64,000 nt of DNA from assembly GCA_951406725.2 (NCBI GenBank), contig OX597827.1, forward strand, positions 6,882,001 to 6,946,000, in the 5' to 3' direction. Positions within the stretch are counted from its first letter, which is position 1; every line of letters begins with the position of its first letter. The translations under genes were made by a program, and so were the position numbers. The DNA is from Octopus vulgaris. Taxonomy: Eukaryota. The notes beneath the pieces are model-generated. The model was not told the origin of the DNA. It saw only the letters and a program-made list of their open reading frames with translations, and did not search any database. Below are positions 41,177 through 55,209 of the stretch, in pieces.

Positions 41177-44100
41177 TTCACATATAAATGTGTGTGCAAG
41201 TGTTTTTTAGTTCAGGGTTATGATAGATATTACAAGATAAAATATCAAATATGTAGTCAACAATCGGTTGATAAAACAGAACAGTTTTTCTGAAATTGTC
41301 ACGGTTTTGTTTGTGAACATATAAGGAATAAAAATGATGTAAAACCAATATAAATTTGATTAAAAAAACTGTAAATGGTTATATAATTTTGATTATAAAT
41401 ATTTATGCTCATAAAATATTGTAAACTGTTATATAATATTCATTATAAATATTTAAATGCTTGTGAAAAATATTGTAAATGTATATAATTTGAATTGTAA
41501 ATATTTAAATGCATAGAAATAATAGGTTGGGGGTTTTCTTTTCATATTTTTGTTCAATAATCTTTTGTTAAGCAAAAATGGTAATTATAAAAACAATAGG
41601 CAAAATATTCCAAAATGGAGGCAAATTGTAAAAAAAACATATGAATGCATATTTTACATTTTTTTTTAAAGCAGAAAGCTTTTGATCAAAAAGCCAATAC
41701 GATGATAAAAATATGGGGGTTGAATTTCCTCTAAGCACTCACTCTTTATTTGATTCCAGTCTGTATTCTCAATCCAAAACTGCTTAAAAAATATAAACAT
41801 ACATTTTCACATTTACCTTTCAGTCCTAGTTTATCCACCATTAAACAGAAACAATTGAAATTTTAACTTCAATTGTATTATATATTTGATACATTTAGTA
41901 AGTTAAGCATATATATAAAAAAAAAGATTAATCATTCATCAAAACATTCTGCATTCCAACTAGATCAATATATATATATAAGGCAGGTAAAAGTCTCAAA
42001 ATATAAGATCCTTAAGATGGTATGGAAATAATGGGGATAAAATTTTGGTTTTGATTAGTTCATAATGAAGCAAGGATGGAAGACTTATAAGAGTTATGTG
42101 CTTGGATTAAAAAAAAAAAAACATTATGGATAAAGGAAATGAAGATAGTAATAAAACAGTTATAAATGCCACATCATGTCCAACTTGAGATTAACTTATA
42201 TGAATGAACATGAAGTTAGAGAAGACTAGTTCAAATGAAAGAAAGCGCTCTTTATAATACTCTCAAAGTAATATAGAAGATAAATACAAAACGGAATTCA
42301 TATATATGTGTGTGTGTAGTAAAATTTGAAAATCCCAAAATAGAATATGACGTGTGTAATTAATTGTTAAAGAGGTTAAGAATGCCAATGTTTGATTGTG
42401 TGAAGTTAAGGGATTTTCCAAGCTCCATTCTCTGAGGCAAGTCTTTGAGTAATGCCAAAGTTATGTGGAATAGATAATGAGAGTTATTATTATTCAAAAT
42501 TTCATACAGCTGATTAAATATGTTTGAATACTTGATGGTTTTAGCAGTAAGAAATTAAAAACAAAAAAAAATAAACGAGCTAAATGTCTGAAAGACTTCT
42601 ACACACACGTGTGTGTGTTTATGTGTATTATATATTAACACATCAATTTATTATGGCATATTTGGTAGGTTAATATTATTTTATAAATTTAAAAAGCAAA
42701 AAAAGAGTGTTTGTGTCATGACTGTTTCTCTCTTTAAATTTTGGTTTCGAGAGAAATATTTTCAAGAATATTAGTTTAGACCAACAACAAACATTTTAAG
42801 GGCAATTAGTTAGTTTTGCTGGCTCAACACTCCTTTAATCACACTCATCTTTTGCCCCATTTTGAGGCAGTGTCTTACGGGAAGATACCCATTCTGTCAC
42901 CAACCCTTTTATTGGCCTCTTTTAGTAATAAGGATATGGTGTAGCTATTTTAAAACCGGGATACATGCACTTTGGAATATTTTTTTTTTTTATTTCAGAA
43001 GTATAAATGACATTATTTAGTTAACACTATCATCAATGGTAATTGTAATAGCTGTAAATTTGAATCAGTTATTTGGTTGTGATGGTTTGTAACAAATAGC
43101 AGACAACTGATAGATTAAAAATGAAAAATAAATCAGAAAAATATTGAAAGACTATATTTTTAAAGAAAACCCATTTATACAATATATTGAAATATATAAC
43201 CTGAAACAGGACATCATGTATAGACTTTTACCTCTCGACAATAAAAGAGATAGAGGAAAGCTGTTAAGTAAGATAAAATGAAAAATTTTGTATTATATAC
43301 TACAATAAAATGAGAGTTACTCATATAACTCCTGGTAACCTCTGCTTTAAATTAAGACTAATATCAACAGAATAAAATATATGTTATTTTACATAGGGTA
43401 AGACTATCTTTCATTGAAGTCATTATTCATTACAAAAGTAGTATCATAAGACAAACAGACAGACATAAGGCACTGGTGTAGATACAAGAGTTCTAATATA
43501 ATAAACAATTGATCCAATAATTTGCTGTGCTGAAATCCTATGTAATAGACTTGAAATAATGGTAGAAGAAACATCTTGTCTTTCTGAATGTTAGGTATCA
43601 CACTCTCTGGTGATTACTAATGATAACCACTTACTAAAAAAACACGTGTCTAAAATTACATCATCAAATTTTGCTAGCTTGCAGCCATAGCAACATTCTC
43701 CCTATATTTTTCACACTCAGATGACAGACAAGCACTCGTAGAGAAATTCGCTGAATTCAGTTAACTCTATGGATTCTGTTATACACCTCAAAGGCTTGGT
43801 TTTTCTTTTCAAAACCAGAAAGTACTTCAGTCTGAAAAGCTATATATAACATTGTTTCATGTAGTAGTGGAGCAGTTTCTACACACACCAGGTTAGAAAA
43901 GATCCATTCACCAACAACTCATTACAACTACAAACCCAATAACATTCTGAATTTTCTCTTTGCCCTTTCTTTGACTACAACAAATTTTGATCCTCTGACT
44001 TTGAATTTAAGATGAGAGTGAAAATTACGAGTTCATTATCACATATCACTTTCAGAGATCATCATTTATAATGTATAGGGAGTATCATGAATAACATACA

Positions 44101-45159
44101 GAGGGTATCACATGTAATGTACAGAGGGTATCACATACGGTGTAGGGAGATGATTGCATTTAACAAAGGAGTTATCACATATAATGTACAGAGATGAGCA
44201 TAAAAACGAACGTTACAAAGATCACTGTCAGGTCACAAACAACTTCTGATAATCCTTTACATGAAACGTCAACTACATGTAGTCACAGCCTAGTTACTAT
44301 TTTCAAGTCTACACGATAGGGATTTGAACAGCACAGCAAATTAATGTAACCTATTTGTGGTTCAGTGTTCACAGAAGTAAATTCTGTTTACTCTGTAATA
44401 ATTATTTACAGTTTGATGCGAGTGAGAGTCAACTGGTTCAGAATATACTGCTCCAGGACAGAGGCACAAATATTTGAGCTGAGAAAGTAATGATGACTTG
44501 TTAAATAGTAAAAGAAAACAGAAAGCAGAGTCGTCTTAAACAGCATTAAAGGTCCTTACCAGGCAAAGCAATGCATGGAGTTCACTACAGACACAATCGC
44601 AGCATAGACAGATTAGCATTAGGCTACAAGACTTTCAGATACACATTTCCGTAGCATTGAGAGTAACCGAATTGAAATACTTTACACAATAAGTATAAAT
44701 ATACATGGCTGTATACTTAAGAAGCTGACTTTGAAATCATATGGTTTCAAGTACTGCCTTATTGCATAGCACCTAGACACATGGATAACTGCTCAGTGTG
44801 CCCATACATTCAGACGGCACTGAAGGTGAACTCTTCAGTTTGGTAAAGCAGTTTGGTTACAGATAGGCAAAAAGCTTCGATACCACTTTGGTCAGTTGTA
44901 ATAGGTTGTCAGATAAATTAATTTGTTTTTGTTTGCTATTTTTTTTTCATTGATTTACTTTGAGGTTTTCCAATGTTATTTGAACTAACACAAAAAATAG
45001 TTTTATCTTTTTAAGCAATTTTTTTTCCTTTTTGTAGCTCTATTCTTCCTTTACAACTTTTGTTTATCGTGTTTGTCATTTGAATAAATTTTTACCTCTT
45101 TTCAGACCTACAGAATTGGAGTGCCAGGTAAGAAACAAAAATATTTTCTGACAACGATT

Positions 45160-45500
45160 GTATGGTCATTTATATATTATATGTTCATGTGAATGTGTTG
45201 TTTGGTCAATTATATATTGCATACAAATATAAGCATGTTATTTGGTCATTTATATATTGTATGTTAATACAATTTTGTTGTTTGGTCATTTGGTTATTTA
45301 AATGATGTTAATGTAAACTCATTTGGTCATATGTTAATATAAACGTATACTGGTCATATATATATATATATTATGTTAATGTAAACTTATACTGGTCATT
45401 TATATATTATGTTAATATAAACTTATACTGGTCATTTATATATTATGTTAATGTAAACTTATACTGGTCATTTACATATTGTATGTTAATGAAAACTTAG
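45160..45500. repeat. About 36-bp AT-rich minisatellite (GGTCATTTATATATTATGTTAATGTAAACTTATACT)
   Basis: About 8 degenerate units seen directly. Confidence 0.85.
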
Positions 45501-46829
45501 TAATTTGCATACAAATCATATGTTGATATAAACTTGTTGTTTGCTTCAATACATAATGAAAATGCTAATAATGCAGGGATACGTGTTTTTCTAACAAACA
45601 TATCCTTCCACTACAAGTGAAAAGGAGTTTTCTTAATATACAGATATCTAACATGTCATAAAAGTGTTGAAAAAAAATTTTGTTTATAAACATGAAATTC
45701 CACAGTGCAACTATATTTCTCATAAACTTTTCACGTTCATTGATTTCCATATAACATGAAAGTCAACAGAAAAATAGGTTTTACATCACAGAATCTATTA
45801 CAAGATTTCCAGATACACATTTCCATAATACTGCGAGTACATGAATTGGAATACTTTTCACAATAGGCATAAAACATAGAAAGCTGTGTATAGTTAAGAA
45901 GTTCACTTTGAAACTATGTGGTTTCAAGTCCAGCCCCACAGCATGGCACCTTTGACAAACGTCTTCTACTATAACCCTGGGCCAATCTATGCTTTGTGAG
46001 CATGACCACAGTCTGATGACTAAAATCACAAAGCACTGATCAGTCTGGAGTTATGGTAGAAGACACTTTACCCATGGTAATACACAGTAGGGTTGAACTT
46101 ACAATCACATACTCGAAAAGTGAACTTCAAAACTTCACATCCATTCCTATATATATATGTACAGACACACACACTGAATATATATATATATACACTGTAT
46201 GTGTGTGTGTAATATATATATGTATGTTTTTATATATTTTTTTTCTTTCAGTCCAAGGACTACAGCTGTGCCAGAGCACCACCATTTACTTTGCTAGACT
46301 TTCACTAAACCTCCTCTGATATTATTTGAAAATATTCTAAGAGACATTGTTATCATATATAGCATAAGTCAAAACATCTGATAAAATCTACTAAAAGTCT
46401 AGAGTCATATCGTATACTATCCATGCAAAAGAAAAGTTTCTTCACCAATGCTACCCATTTGTATGTTGGCCAATTCAACTTCTGCCTGTCTCCGTTTGAG
46501 TAGAGCAAATATTCTTCAGTGTTATTTCCTTTCATTCTGATATAGAGTTAAATTGCCATGGTTTTCTATAATATCAGACTTGGGAGTAGCACAAATCTGA
46601 AAATAAAACAGTTAATCAAAAATGTTAATTTCTTACTTAAAGGTTAAAAGAAGTTTATTATTACATATTAAATAGACTCAAGAAGTGTTACAAGTACATT
46701 TGTAAACCATTTCCACATATTTCATGTCTGACACTTTTTACTAGTGTAATATACTGCCATTTGGAGACATGGCATTTAGCAGTGGAACCCACACTGAGAC
46801 TAGTTTAGTGAGATGATGTCTAAAAGAAT

Positions 46830-48150
46830 TCACCCTTGTCCAAACCACCCACCCCATTTGCCCCAAACCACTCTTGCCTTCCTTTAAATGTGCCCATAAC
46901 TCACTCGAATCTCCTAGTCCGTAGCACCTTCCCTTCTTCCATCCCAGCCTCATCCAGATCCTTCCCTTGCTCTAGATCCCACTGTCACACCTGTCCTTTT
47001 ATCACCAACACCACCTCCCTCACTGGATCCAACCAGCACACCCTCCACATTAGAAACTCCTTCTCCAGTACTTCTTCCAACCTTATCCATTGCATTAGAT
47101 GTAATCTCTGCTGCAAACTCTACATTAGTCAGACGGGCCGCTGATTGACCGACTGGTTCACCAAACATCTATGAGATGTTCATCCACATATGAACACACC
47201 TGTCGCCTGTCATTTCCTTTTGACCAACCACTCCACCTCTAATATCTCCGTTTTTGGCTTCGCCCTGCACCAAGGACCCACACACTCCCGACTCCGCCTG
47301 GAACAGCGTTAAATTTTCAGTCTAAAAACACAATCTCCTTTTGAACTCAACACAGCCCCCTCTTAACGACTGTCTCTACACCCTTCTTAAAAAACAACTT
47401 TTTATCTTATTTTATCCTTCTTATATCCAGTCACTTTTTTACCCTGTGATTCTTTTAATCATTTTTTTTTGTCGACTTTAAAAATTTTTTATAATTGAAT
47501 TAATTTCTATTTTATCTCTTTAATTTTAATTTTTAATCTTATATCTGTTATTTATTGTATCATTTTATTCATTAATTCTATTTTATCATCTTATACCTTT
47601 TCCACCTTTTTTCCCTACTTTTCATCAATCTTATATTTTTATATTTTATTTGTTTACATGCACACATACATACACACATGTACATATACACACACATATA
47701 CTTCACATATACCCCCCACAAACATACATGCCTACTGACCATTCCTCTATGCACATGTGAAGAAACAACTACACAAAAGACCACCACTCCTGTTACCATG
47801 CTGCTGAATTCTTCCTACAACATTAATAGACATGAAGTTTACTCACACACACACACACACACACACACTACACTTGCGTGCATGCACATACCCACAGCTA
47901 CCCCCTTCTTTTACACTCTCCAGTCTTAGAAAGAACTTTTTCTTCAACCATTCCTTTCAGGTCATTTCAAAATGTAACTACATGTGGATCGTTGGCAATT
48001 CTTTATATTCCATCTTCCCTTTCTCTTGGACTTTCCTCTGTCTCCTGTTTCTGAAGAAGAGCTTTGCTCAAAACATAAAACTATATTTCTTTCCTTCCTT
48101 CCTTAAGGGTCTGTTAATACTTTGCATGTGCCAAGTCCTCGTGTTGTTGT
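46830..48150 (+). mobile_element. Penelope-like element 3' portion (GIY-YIG domain and pLTR-like tail)
   Basis: FPCSRSHCHTCPFI...SFSSTSSNLIHCIRCNLCCKLYISQTGR*LTDWFTKHL; hammerhead-like core at 48051-48074. Confidence 0.8.
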
Positions 48151-48425
48151 TTTTATCTCCCTTGATATTATATAATATGTACGTATATTTTACATATATT
48201 GATATATATGTATGTATATTTTATATATATATATTGATATACATATATTCTTTTATTTGTTTCAGTCATGCTGAAATCGACTCCTGGACTTATTCTTTGT
48301 AAGCCTGGTACTTATTCTATCGGAATCTTTTACCAAACTGCGAAGTTACAGGGACGTAAACACACCAACAGCAGATGTCAAGCAAAGGTGTCGGGACAAA
48401 CAAAGACACACATACACATACATAT

Positions 48426-48459
<34 letters not shown>

Positions 48460-49745
48460 GAATGGCTTTTTTCGGTTTCCATCTACCAAATCCACTCACA
48501 AGCCTTTTATATCATTCCATTTCTTTGCTGCCATTCATGAATCAGCAACTCACTTGTTCACTCTTTCTTGAGTCAACAGCTAAGTTATTATTATTATTAT
48601 TATTCAAATGTGACACAGTCACTGAATCTAGAATCCCCCCCATTTCTTCCAATATCTAATTGCCAAGGTCACATGCCATTTCAATTTCAGCCAGAATCCC
48701 ACTTCCATTGCAAAGTGATTATGCGATAAATTAACGATTAAAATGTACATGTATATTACTTTAGTATTAATATTTTAATGATAACAATAATTATTACTGT
48801 GGAGGTGCATGGCCTAGTGGTTAGGGTGTCAGCATCATGATTGTAAGATTGTGGTTTCAATTCCTGGACTAGGTGACACATTGTGTTCTTGACCAAAACA
48901 CTTCCTTTTACGTTGCTCCAGTCCACTCAGCTGGCAAAAATGAGTAATGTTGCGATGGACTGGTGTCCCATCCAGCTGGGGAACACATACGCCATTGAAA
49001 CCAGGCCCATGAGCCTGGTTTGGCTTTAAAAGGGCACATTTGTTTATTTATTTAATAATTACTATTATTAAATAATATGGCTTTTCTTCTGAGCCCGTCT
49101 AGCTTTGTGGTGCGTAGCACTTAGTTTGCACATGGCCTGTAATCAGCATCCATTTTGCACACCTATTATGCCCTTCCACCCTCCACCACCATCTTAATTT
49201 GTACATTAACAATTTCACCTGGTGACTCATATGCTTCCTGTGCTGTGTACATGAATACATATTTTGAGTATACCCTTATACTCCCTTTTATCCTCATACA
49301 AGCACCCTGATGAGTGTCATATACAGTTAAATGTACCTCATACTTAAATATTTAGACATATAGTACTTAAACTGCCCTTATTCTCATACCCTCTTGCTGG
49401 CTCTTGCTCTAGATGTTCGATGCAGTGGGGGAAACCGTGATTCATTGTAACTCATTGAATAAACTATGCACCAAAGCTCTTTGCTAGCTGCCAAGCATTT
49501 CCACAGACCTTTGTTTCAGTTGATGACAAAATTTCTACAACTACCTTACTGCCACCACATCAGGCACAGGTTGACAGGCAACAATCGTGGCCCAGATAGA
49601 TGCATTTAATTTAATAGTTAATGTGTTAATAGTATTAAAGTTATTACTTTGTCACTGATAATATTGTTTTATAACTATGTTGACTAACAGAAATTATAAA
49701 ATAATCAAATTATACTGAACAAAAATAATATAAATAAGTACTTAC

Positions 49746-50710
49746 CAACAGTTGTCAATTGTTTATACAGTTGTCACAGTACCATTTCAAATTTCTGGCA
49801 GCAAAGTTGTTAATATTGTTGCTGGAGTTCTGAGTAGTTTGGTATGTGATAGTGTTATGCAGTTCTATCAATTTGGTTGCGTAGTAGTTAATGTGTATTG
49901 TTGCTGATGACAAGTTGTCTATTATTCCAATGCAAGGAAACGGAGGTACAATCTCCAGTTCTTACACTTTAATGATGGGCTGACCTACAGATTAGTTCAC
50001 TTAACACCAAACATTCACACACTAATATACATATGAGTATATGAATGTGTGTGAAAGTAAAATGTACAAATTTAAATCACTGGAAATATTTGATGTCCAA
50101 AATATTGAGGAGGAGAAACAGACTCTCATGGAAAATTTTAATATTAAATATGTGAGATGTTGGGTACAAACAAAAAAAAATATTTTCTGCAAGTTTTGTA
50201 TTGAAGAGTAACAGATTATTTCTTGAGCCACACTTAAAAAGGAAAGCCTAAACTGTATTCCCATAAAAAATAATGCTTAAAATCTTCAGGAAATGACTTA
50301 AGAAAAAGGAATAAGATTGTTTTAGGAATTACGAAACGGTGGCTATTAATAAACAAATATTAAAGCAGGAGCGACTCGTCTTAAAAATGCATATTCATAA
50401 GAAATTCATAAAATTCGGTCGATTGTCTCAATTTTTCTTATTCCCTAAGTAGCCGAAAAACATATTTAAAGCTAATTTAAGTAAATTCTATTGAAAGTTT
50501 CGTGAATATTTACGGTATGTAAATTTATGTATTGAAGGAATTGTTCAAGAAGTTTTCTCCATTAAGAATATATTTAAAAAAAAAAAGTTAACTATATTCA
50601 AGGGAGGTAACTGTTGAAAACTATTTTACAGAGCAATCTAATAAAAATTAGGAATTATATTATTGAACGGGCTTATATACACTCATATTTTAGAATTTGT
50701 AAGCACAAGA

Positions 50711-50757
<47 letters not shown>

Positions 50758-50900
50758 TGTGTTTACGAATTGTAAAATATATGGCTCTTATTTTCTGTCG
50801 AAGATAAATCCTCAAGAATATCATTCAATACTTTAAAATAATGGTAGTAACTGTTTCAATAAGGTTTAAGTAATGCCTTATTGATGACAATATTTTAGTG
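49746..50900 (-). promoter_or_regulatory. Paralogous putative promoter/non-coding exon block downstream of copy A (partly copy A 3'UTR); orphan
   Basis: Alignable by eye to 59799-61060, including the donor TG|GTAAGTAC at 49746 and CpG-containing motifs (ACGAAACGG, GCGACTCG). Confidence 0.42.
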
Positions 50901-51226
50901 TTAATGTAATAGTATGGTGTTGTTTGGTGTAGATAGAACAGGTACCTGAAGTACTGAGGGTACCTTTGGTAGCGTTGTTACTTTAGGTACAGCAGGTAGA
51001 GGTGGTTTATTATTTGAAGTGAAGACACTTGTCAATGGCGTTGTAGATGGTTGTTCAGTTATATTCAAAGGTGTTTGGTCAGGATGACAGACTGTATTAG
51101 AATCAACGTTTGGTTGGTAAGTATATCCAGGGTATTGATTGTTATTATCTCCCCTCGATCTATCCAGTGTGTGTGGAAGCTGTTTTCTCCTGTTCCATGT
51201 ACGATCACTCTGGTAACGACACAGAT
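50901..51226 (-). CDS. Protocadherin copy A, terminal coding exon 3 (Pro/Thr-rich tail ending ...PNNTILLH*)
   Basis: TTTCTAG acceptor at 51227. The phase matches exon 2 (G+AT=Asp), and 326 nt are open to TAA at 50903-50901. Paralogous to 61061-61407. Confidence 0.85.
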
Positions 51227-52142
51227 CTAGAAATGAAGAGATTTATAGGTTATCTGATGCAATGAACTGTTAACAGAATGGAGAACATTAAATTTTTATA
51301 ATCATGAAAGGAATTTCAGTTATATATTACAGGCAAATCTGTACAGTTAAGAAGTTCTCACTTCAATCACATGATTTTGGGTTCAATCTCAATTACTGGT
51401 ACCTTGAGCAAATGTATGGCACCAGGTCAACCACAATTTTGCAAGTGGATTTTGTGAATGGAAACTAAAAGCTCATTCAATATGTGTGCAAGCATGCATG
51501 CATGTATGTGCACTTTGATTTTCCATTGTCACTTCTGTCAACTAATTATTCCCTTGGTTTCAGCCTTCAAAAACATGTGAAATAAGTAATCCTTTACTTG
51601 ATAAAAAAAAACACTCAAATCTTCCGAACTTCTTTAAAAAAAAAATTAACATTATTCTTCATCATATACATTTGTAGTCTTCACAAATACCTACTACATC
51701 TAATTCTTCTTATAACCAGCTTTTCTTTCAGCTCATCTGTGCTTCATAATTCAAACACACTAACATTACACAGCATGTAGAATCTGCTTGCTGCATCTCT
51801 TTACTCCTGATTGTTCCTATGCATCAGCCATGTGTGAAGTTTTTCTTCTCAGCCAGCCTACCTCTGATCTTTACATATATATAGTATATTAAATATGGCT
51901 AAAAAAAACATGAACTCAATACATGCAATGAAGAGAATATATTTTTCCTGGGAGAACTGAAGATATAATTTTTCACAGTAAATGATTTGGTTGATCTCTG
52001 TAGATAATCAACAGATAGTTAAATGCCTCTATCCTGAGAGGAAACTAGTGAGTCACTATAAGGAATTATATCTTCAACACATACACACACTCTCTCTCTA
52101 TATATATATGTGTGTGTATATTTATATATATATATGTGTGTG

Positions 52143-52175
<33 letters not shown>

Positions 52176-52409
52176 ATGTATGTATATGTGTGTATGTGCA
52201 TATATGTATGTATTTATACATATATAATTAAATCAAGTATATAGAATCATCTTAAAGGGATTTTAGCATCTAAGTTCCCCGGCTTAATCCAGTGTACCAG
52301 TGAAAAACCAATGATGTTAGTTTTGCATTGATGGATATATTACCATTTTTGTATGAGAAAAAGAAAACAGAGAAACTGATATATAGACAGGGTGTGTGAT
52401 GTGTTTACC

Positions 52410-53915
52410 TTTCTAATTACTAGAACTTTGGTCTTTGCAACATTGACTCTAAGGCCTTTCAATCCTAAACTGTGCTTCCACACCTGAAATTTCTTCTCTA
52501 GTTCTGGTAGTGATTCTGCTATGAGGGCCAGGTCATCAGCATAGAAGAGCCCCAGGGGAAACCTGTCTTGAATTCCTCTGTTATTGCCTGGAGGACTATG
52601 ATGAATAAGAGGGGCTGAGGGCTGATCCTTGGTAAACCCCTACTTCTACCCGGAATTCTTCACTATACTCATTGCCAACCCTAACCTTCCTAACGGCATC
52701 TCTGTATAGGGCCTGTACAGCCCTTATTAACCATTCGTCAATCCCCAGTTTCTGCATCACCAAGCAGATAAGGGATCAGGGGACTACCAGGTTTACAATA
52801 CGGGTGACTAGGCCATAGCCCACACCACCAGATGTTTTAAGCATCTCAGCAGTGATTCCTGATGGGCCGGGGGTTTTTTCTGGCTTCATACTCTTAATCG
52901 CTTTATCTACCAGGGTACTGTCTATTCGGATAGCTGGTCCCTCTATTGGGTCAACATTTGGCAGGCTCTCCTCCTCCCAATCATTCTTCACATTCAGCAG
53001 TCTTTTATAATGGCTTCTCCAAGCCTCTTTCTTTTCAGAATCATTAAAAGCAAGTGTACCATCATCCATGCAGACACGTTTCTCTCCTGTGACACCACAA
53101 TTTTCTCTCACACACTGTCATACAATCCAAAATACTTCAGTTCTTTGGTCCTCATGTCGCTGGACATTAGCAAACTTCTTTTCTGCCTTGCCCTTGGCAT
53201 TGTATACCTGTCGACCAGCCTTCTTTCTGGCTATCTGGTACAGTTCCCTGCTGCACCCACCCTTCCACGCTTTCCAGGCCTGTTTCTTTACTCTAATGGC
53301 TTTGTCTGCCGTATTATTCCACCACCACGTTACTCTATGTCTGGAAGGGGCTTTGCACCATCAGCAGACTTGGTCTGTGGTACTCAGTAAGCTGTCCCAT
53401 AGGAATTTCCAGCTACCTTCTATATTCGAGGTCTGTAGCTCCTCCTCCCTCTCATCAAATTTCTTGATGAGGATGTCCCTAAATCTCTGACCATGTGAAG
53501 GGTTCTTTAGCTCCCAAATACCTCTTTTCTGGATTGGTCTGCTTCTTAGCATCCTTTTGGCCTTGAGTCTAAAGTCACTAATGGCTTGTCTATGCTGTAC
53601 ATTCTTCACCAGGGAGGGTCTTTGTATATAAGAGTAACCTTACATCCCGCTGTCTGCTGAGGATGAAATCAATCTGGCTATCAGAGTCACCTGATTGGTA
53701 GGTTATCAGGTGGTTGCCTGCCTTCCTAAGTTAGTGTTGCAGATTAAAAGGTTACATGCATAACAGAACTCCAGTAGCCTAGTTCCCTCATCATTTCGGG
53801 AACCAATATCATGGCGCCCGTGTACACCAGTGAAGATACCAAAATGCTGCCCAACATGCCCATTAAAATTTCGAGCCACAATGATGAGGTCATTGCCACT
53901 CATCTTTGAGGTAGC
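52410..53915 (-). mobile_element. Internally deleted RTE LINE (APE endonuclease and RT fragments) in intron 2 of protocadherin A
   Basis: NFNGHVG, RNDEGTRLLEFC, SQIDFIL (APE); GPSGITAEML; QGSALSPLLF..., YADDLALIAES..., GLRVNVAKTKV (RT). Absent from the paralogous intron of copy B. Confidence 0.92.
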
Positions 53916-54021
53916 CTGTTCTAATAAATTAATGTCTATATATCAATTTCTCCATTTTCTTTTTCTCATACAAAAATGGTTATATATATACATATATATA
54001 TACACATGTATATACACATAC

Positions 54022-54402
54022 ATCATCGTGGCACTCCGTCAGTTACAACGATGAGGGTTCCAGTTGATCTGACCAATGAAACAGCCTGCTCGTGAAATTA
54101 ACGTGCAAGTGGTTGAGCACTCCACAGACGTGTGTACCCTTAACATAGTTCTCAGGGAGATTCAGCATGACACAGAGTGTGACAAGGCTGACCCTTTAAA
54201 ATACAAGTACAACAGAAACAGAAAGAAAGAGTGAAAGTTGTGAAAGAGCACAACAGGGTTCACTACCACACCCTGCTGGAGCCTTGTGGAGCTTTAGGTG
54301 TTTTTGCTCAATAAACACCCACAACACCCAGTCTGGGAACTGAAACCATAATCCAACAACCACGAGTCCACTGTCCTAACCACTGGGCCATTGCACCTCC
54401 AC
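54022..54402 (-). mobile_element. tRNA-derived SINE in intron 2 of protocadherin A
   Basis: Minus-strand head TGGAGGTGCAATGGCCCAGTGGTTAGG; absent in copy B. Confidence 0.7.
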
Positions 54403-54751
54403 ATATACACACACTACTACTACTACTACTTATATTTAAGCAAATTTTCTTCGACTGTAATGCACACACATTTGTGGTGACATTCCAAATAAAAGAGATG
54501 CTTTAACAGCATAAAAAGAGGATCTCTCACTCGTAAAATTTAGCGTTTTTTTTAAAGATATTTACACATTTTCAATCTAAAAATTTATTACAAGTGTTTA
54601 GCTTGCAACTATAGTTGTAAAAGAAATTAGATCAAACTCAAGAATTTTTGTCAGCAATGCTAAAATACTATCTACTGAATCATGCCAGTGTCTATTATAA
54701 ACATTCGCAAACTCTAATGATTTGGAGAAAAACACAATTATTCCAACTTAC

Positions 54752-54902
54752 CTGGCAGGGTTTCATAATGTCCAGCACTACCGACACTCCAGCCATGACT
54801 ACTATCTGTGTGAGAAGACAATGTTGACATTTCACTGGTTTCATCGGCACTGCTTAGTTCTCTGTAACCTGGAGACATACTTTCTTCTCTTGGAACAAAC
54901 AT
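54752..54902 (-). CDS. Protocadherin copy A, coding exon 2 (cytoplasmic; MFVPREESMSPGYRELSSADETSEMSTLSSHTDSSHGWSVGSAGHYETLP)
   Basis: TTTCTAG acceptor and CAG|GTAAGT donor. 151 nt, open in frame with exon 1 and conserved in copy B. DSSHG resembles the DSGHG core of protocadherin cytoplasmic motif CM1. Confidence 0.88.
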
Positions 54903-55209
54903 CTAGAAACATAAAACAGAAAGATTGTATGCCATAATATTCTATCATGGTATTATTGTCATTCATAATCTCTCATTTTACTTTTAAACTGAAATATTCT
55001 AGTAATCTTCATGTGAGTCAGTAAAGAAAATTAATGAGTAATTTAGAATCTACATTTGTAAGATAAGAATTAATCAAAGAGAAAATAATTTTTCTTTTAT
55101 ATTTTGCAAAACAGCTTCAAAGGTTCTTGGTTAATTACAGCCAACTTTATTATTAACACTGGAATGTTGAAAGGAGAAATATTTTGAAATTAAAAGAAAA
55201 TTATCTGAC

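Noticed and set aside
46353-46600. Possible remnant of a third protocadherin after an acceptor-like site
   Set aside because: Only vague resemblance to a signal-peptide/EC1 start; no DRE or DxNDN motifs found.
49300-49350. CTGATGAG hammerhead core
   Set aside because: No convincing stem II/GAAA/stem III partner.
49746-49985. Additional coding exon of protocadherin A
   Set aside because: Lies after the stop codon, contains stops, and has frame-breaking indels relative to its paralog.
50595-50620. AAGGGAGGTAACT as a CSE/CTCF-like protocadherin promoter element (also at 60768)
   Set aside because: The same motif occurs in the Helitron copies (about 8367 and 14143), and the two paralogs are too similar for conservation to be informative.
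54722-54937. Duplicated plus-strand ORFs (also 63092-63307)
   Set aside because: Antisense shadow of protocadherin exon 2.
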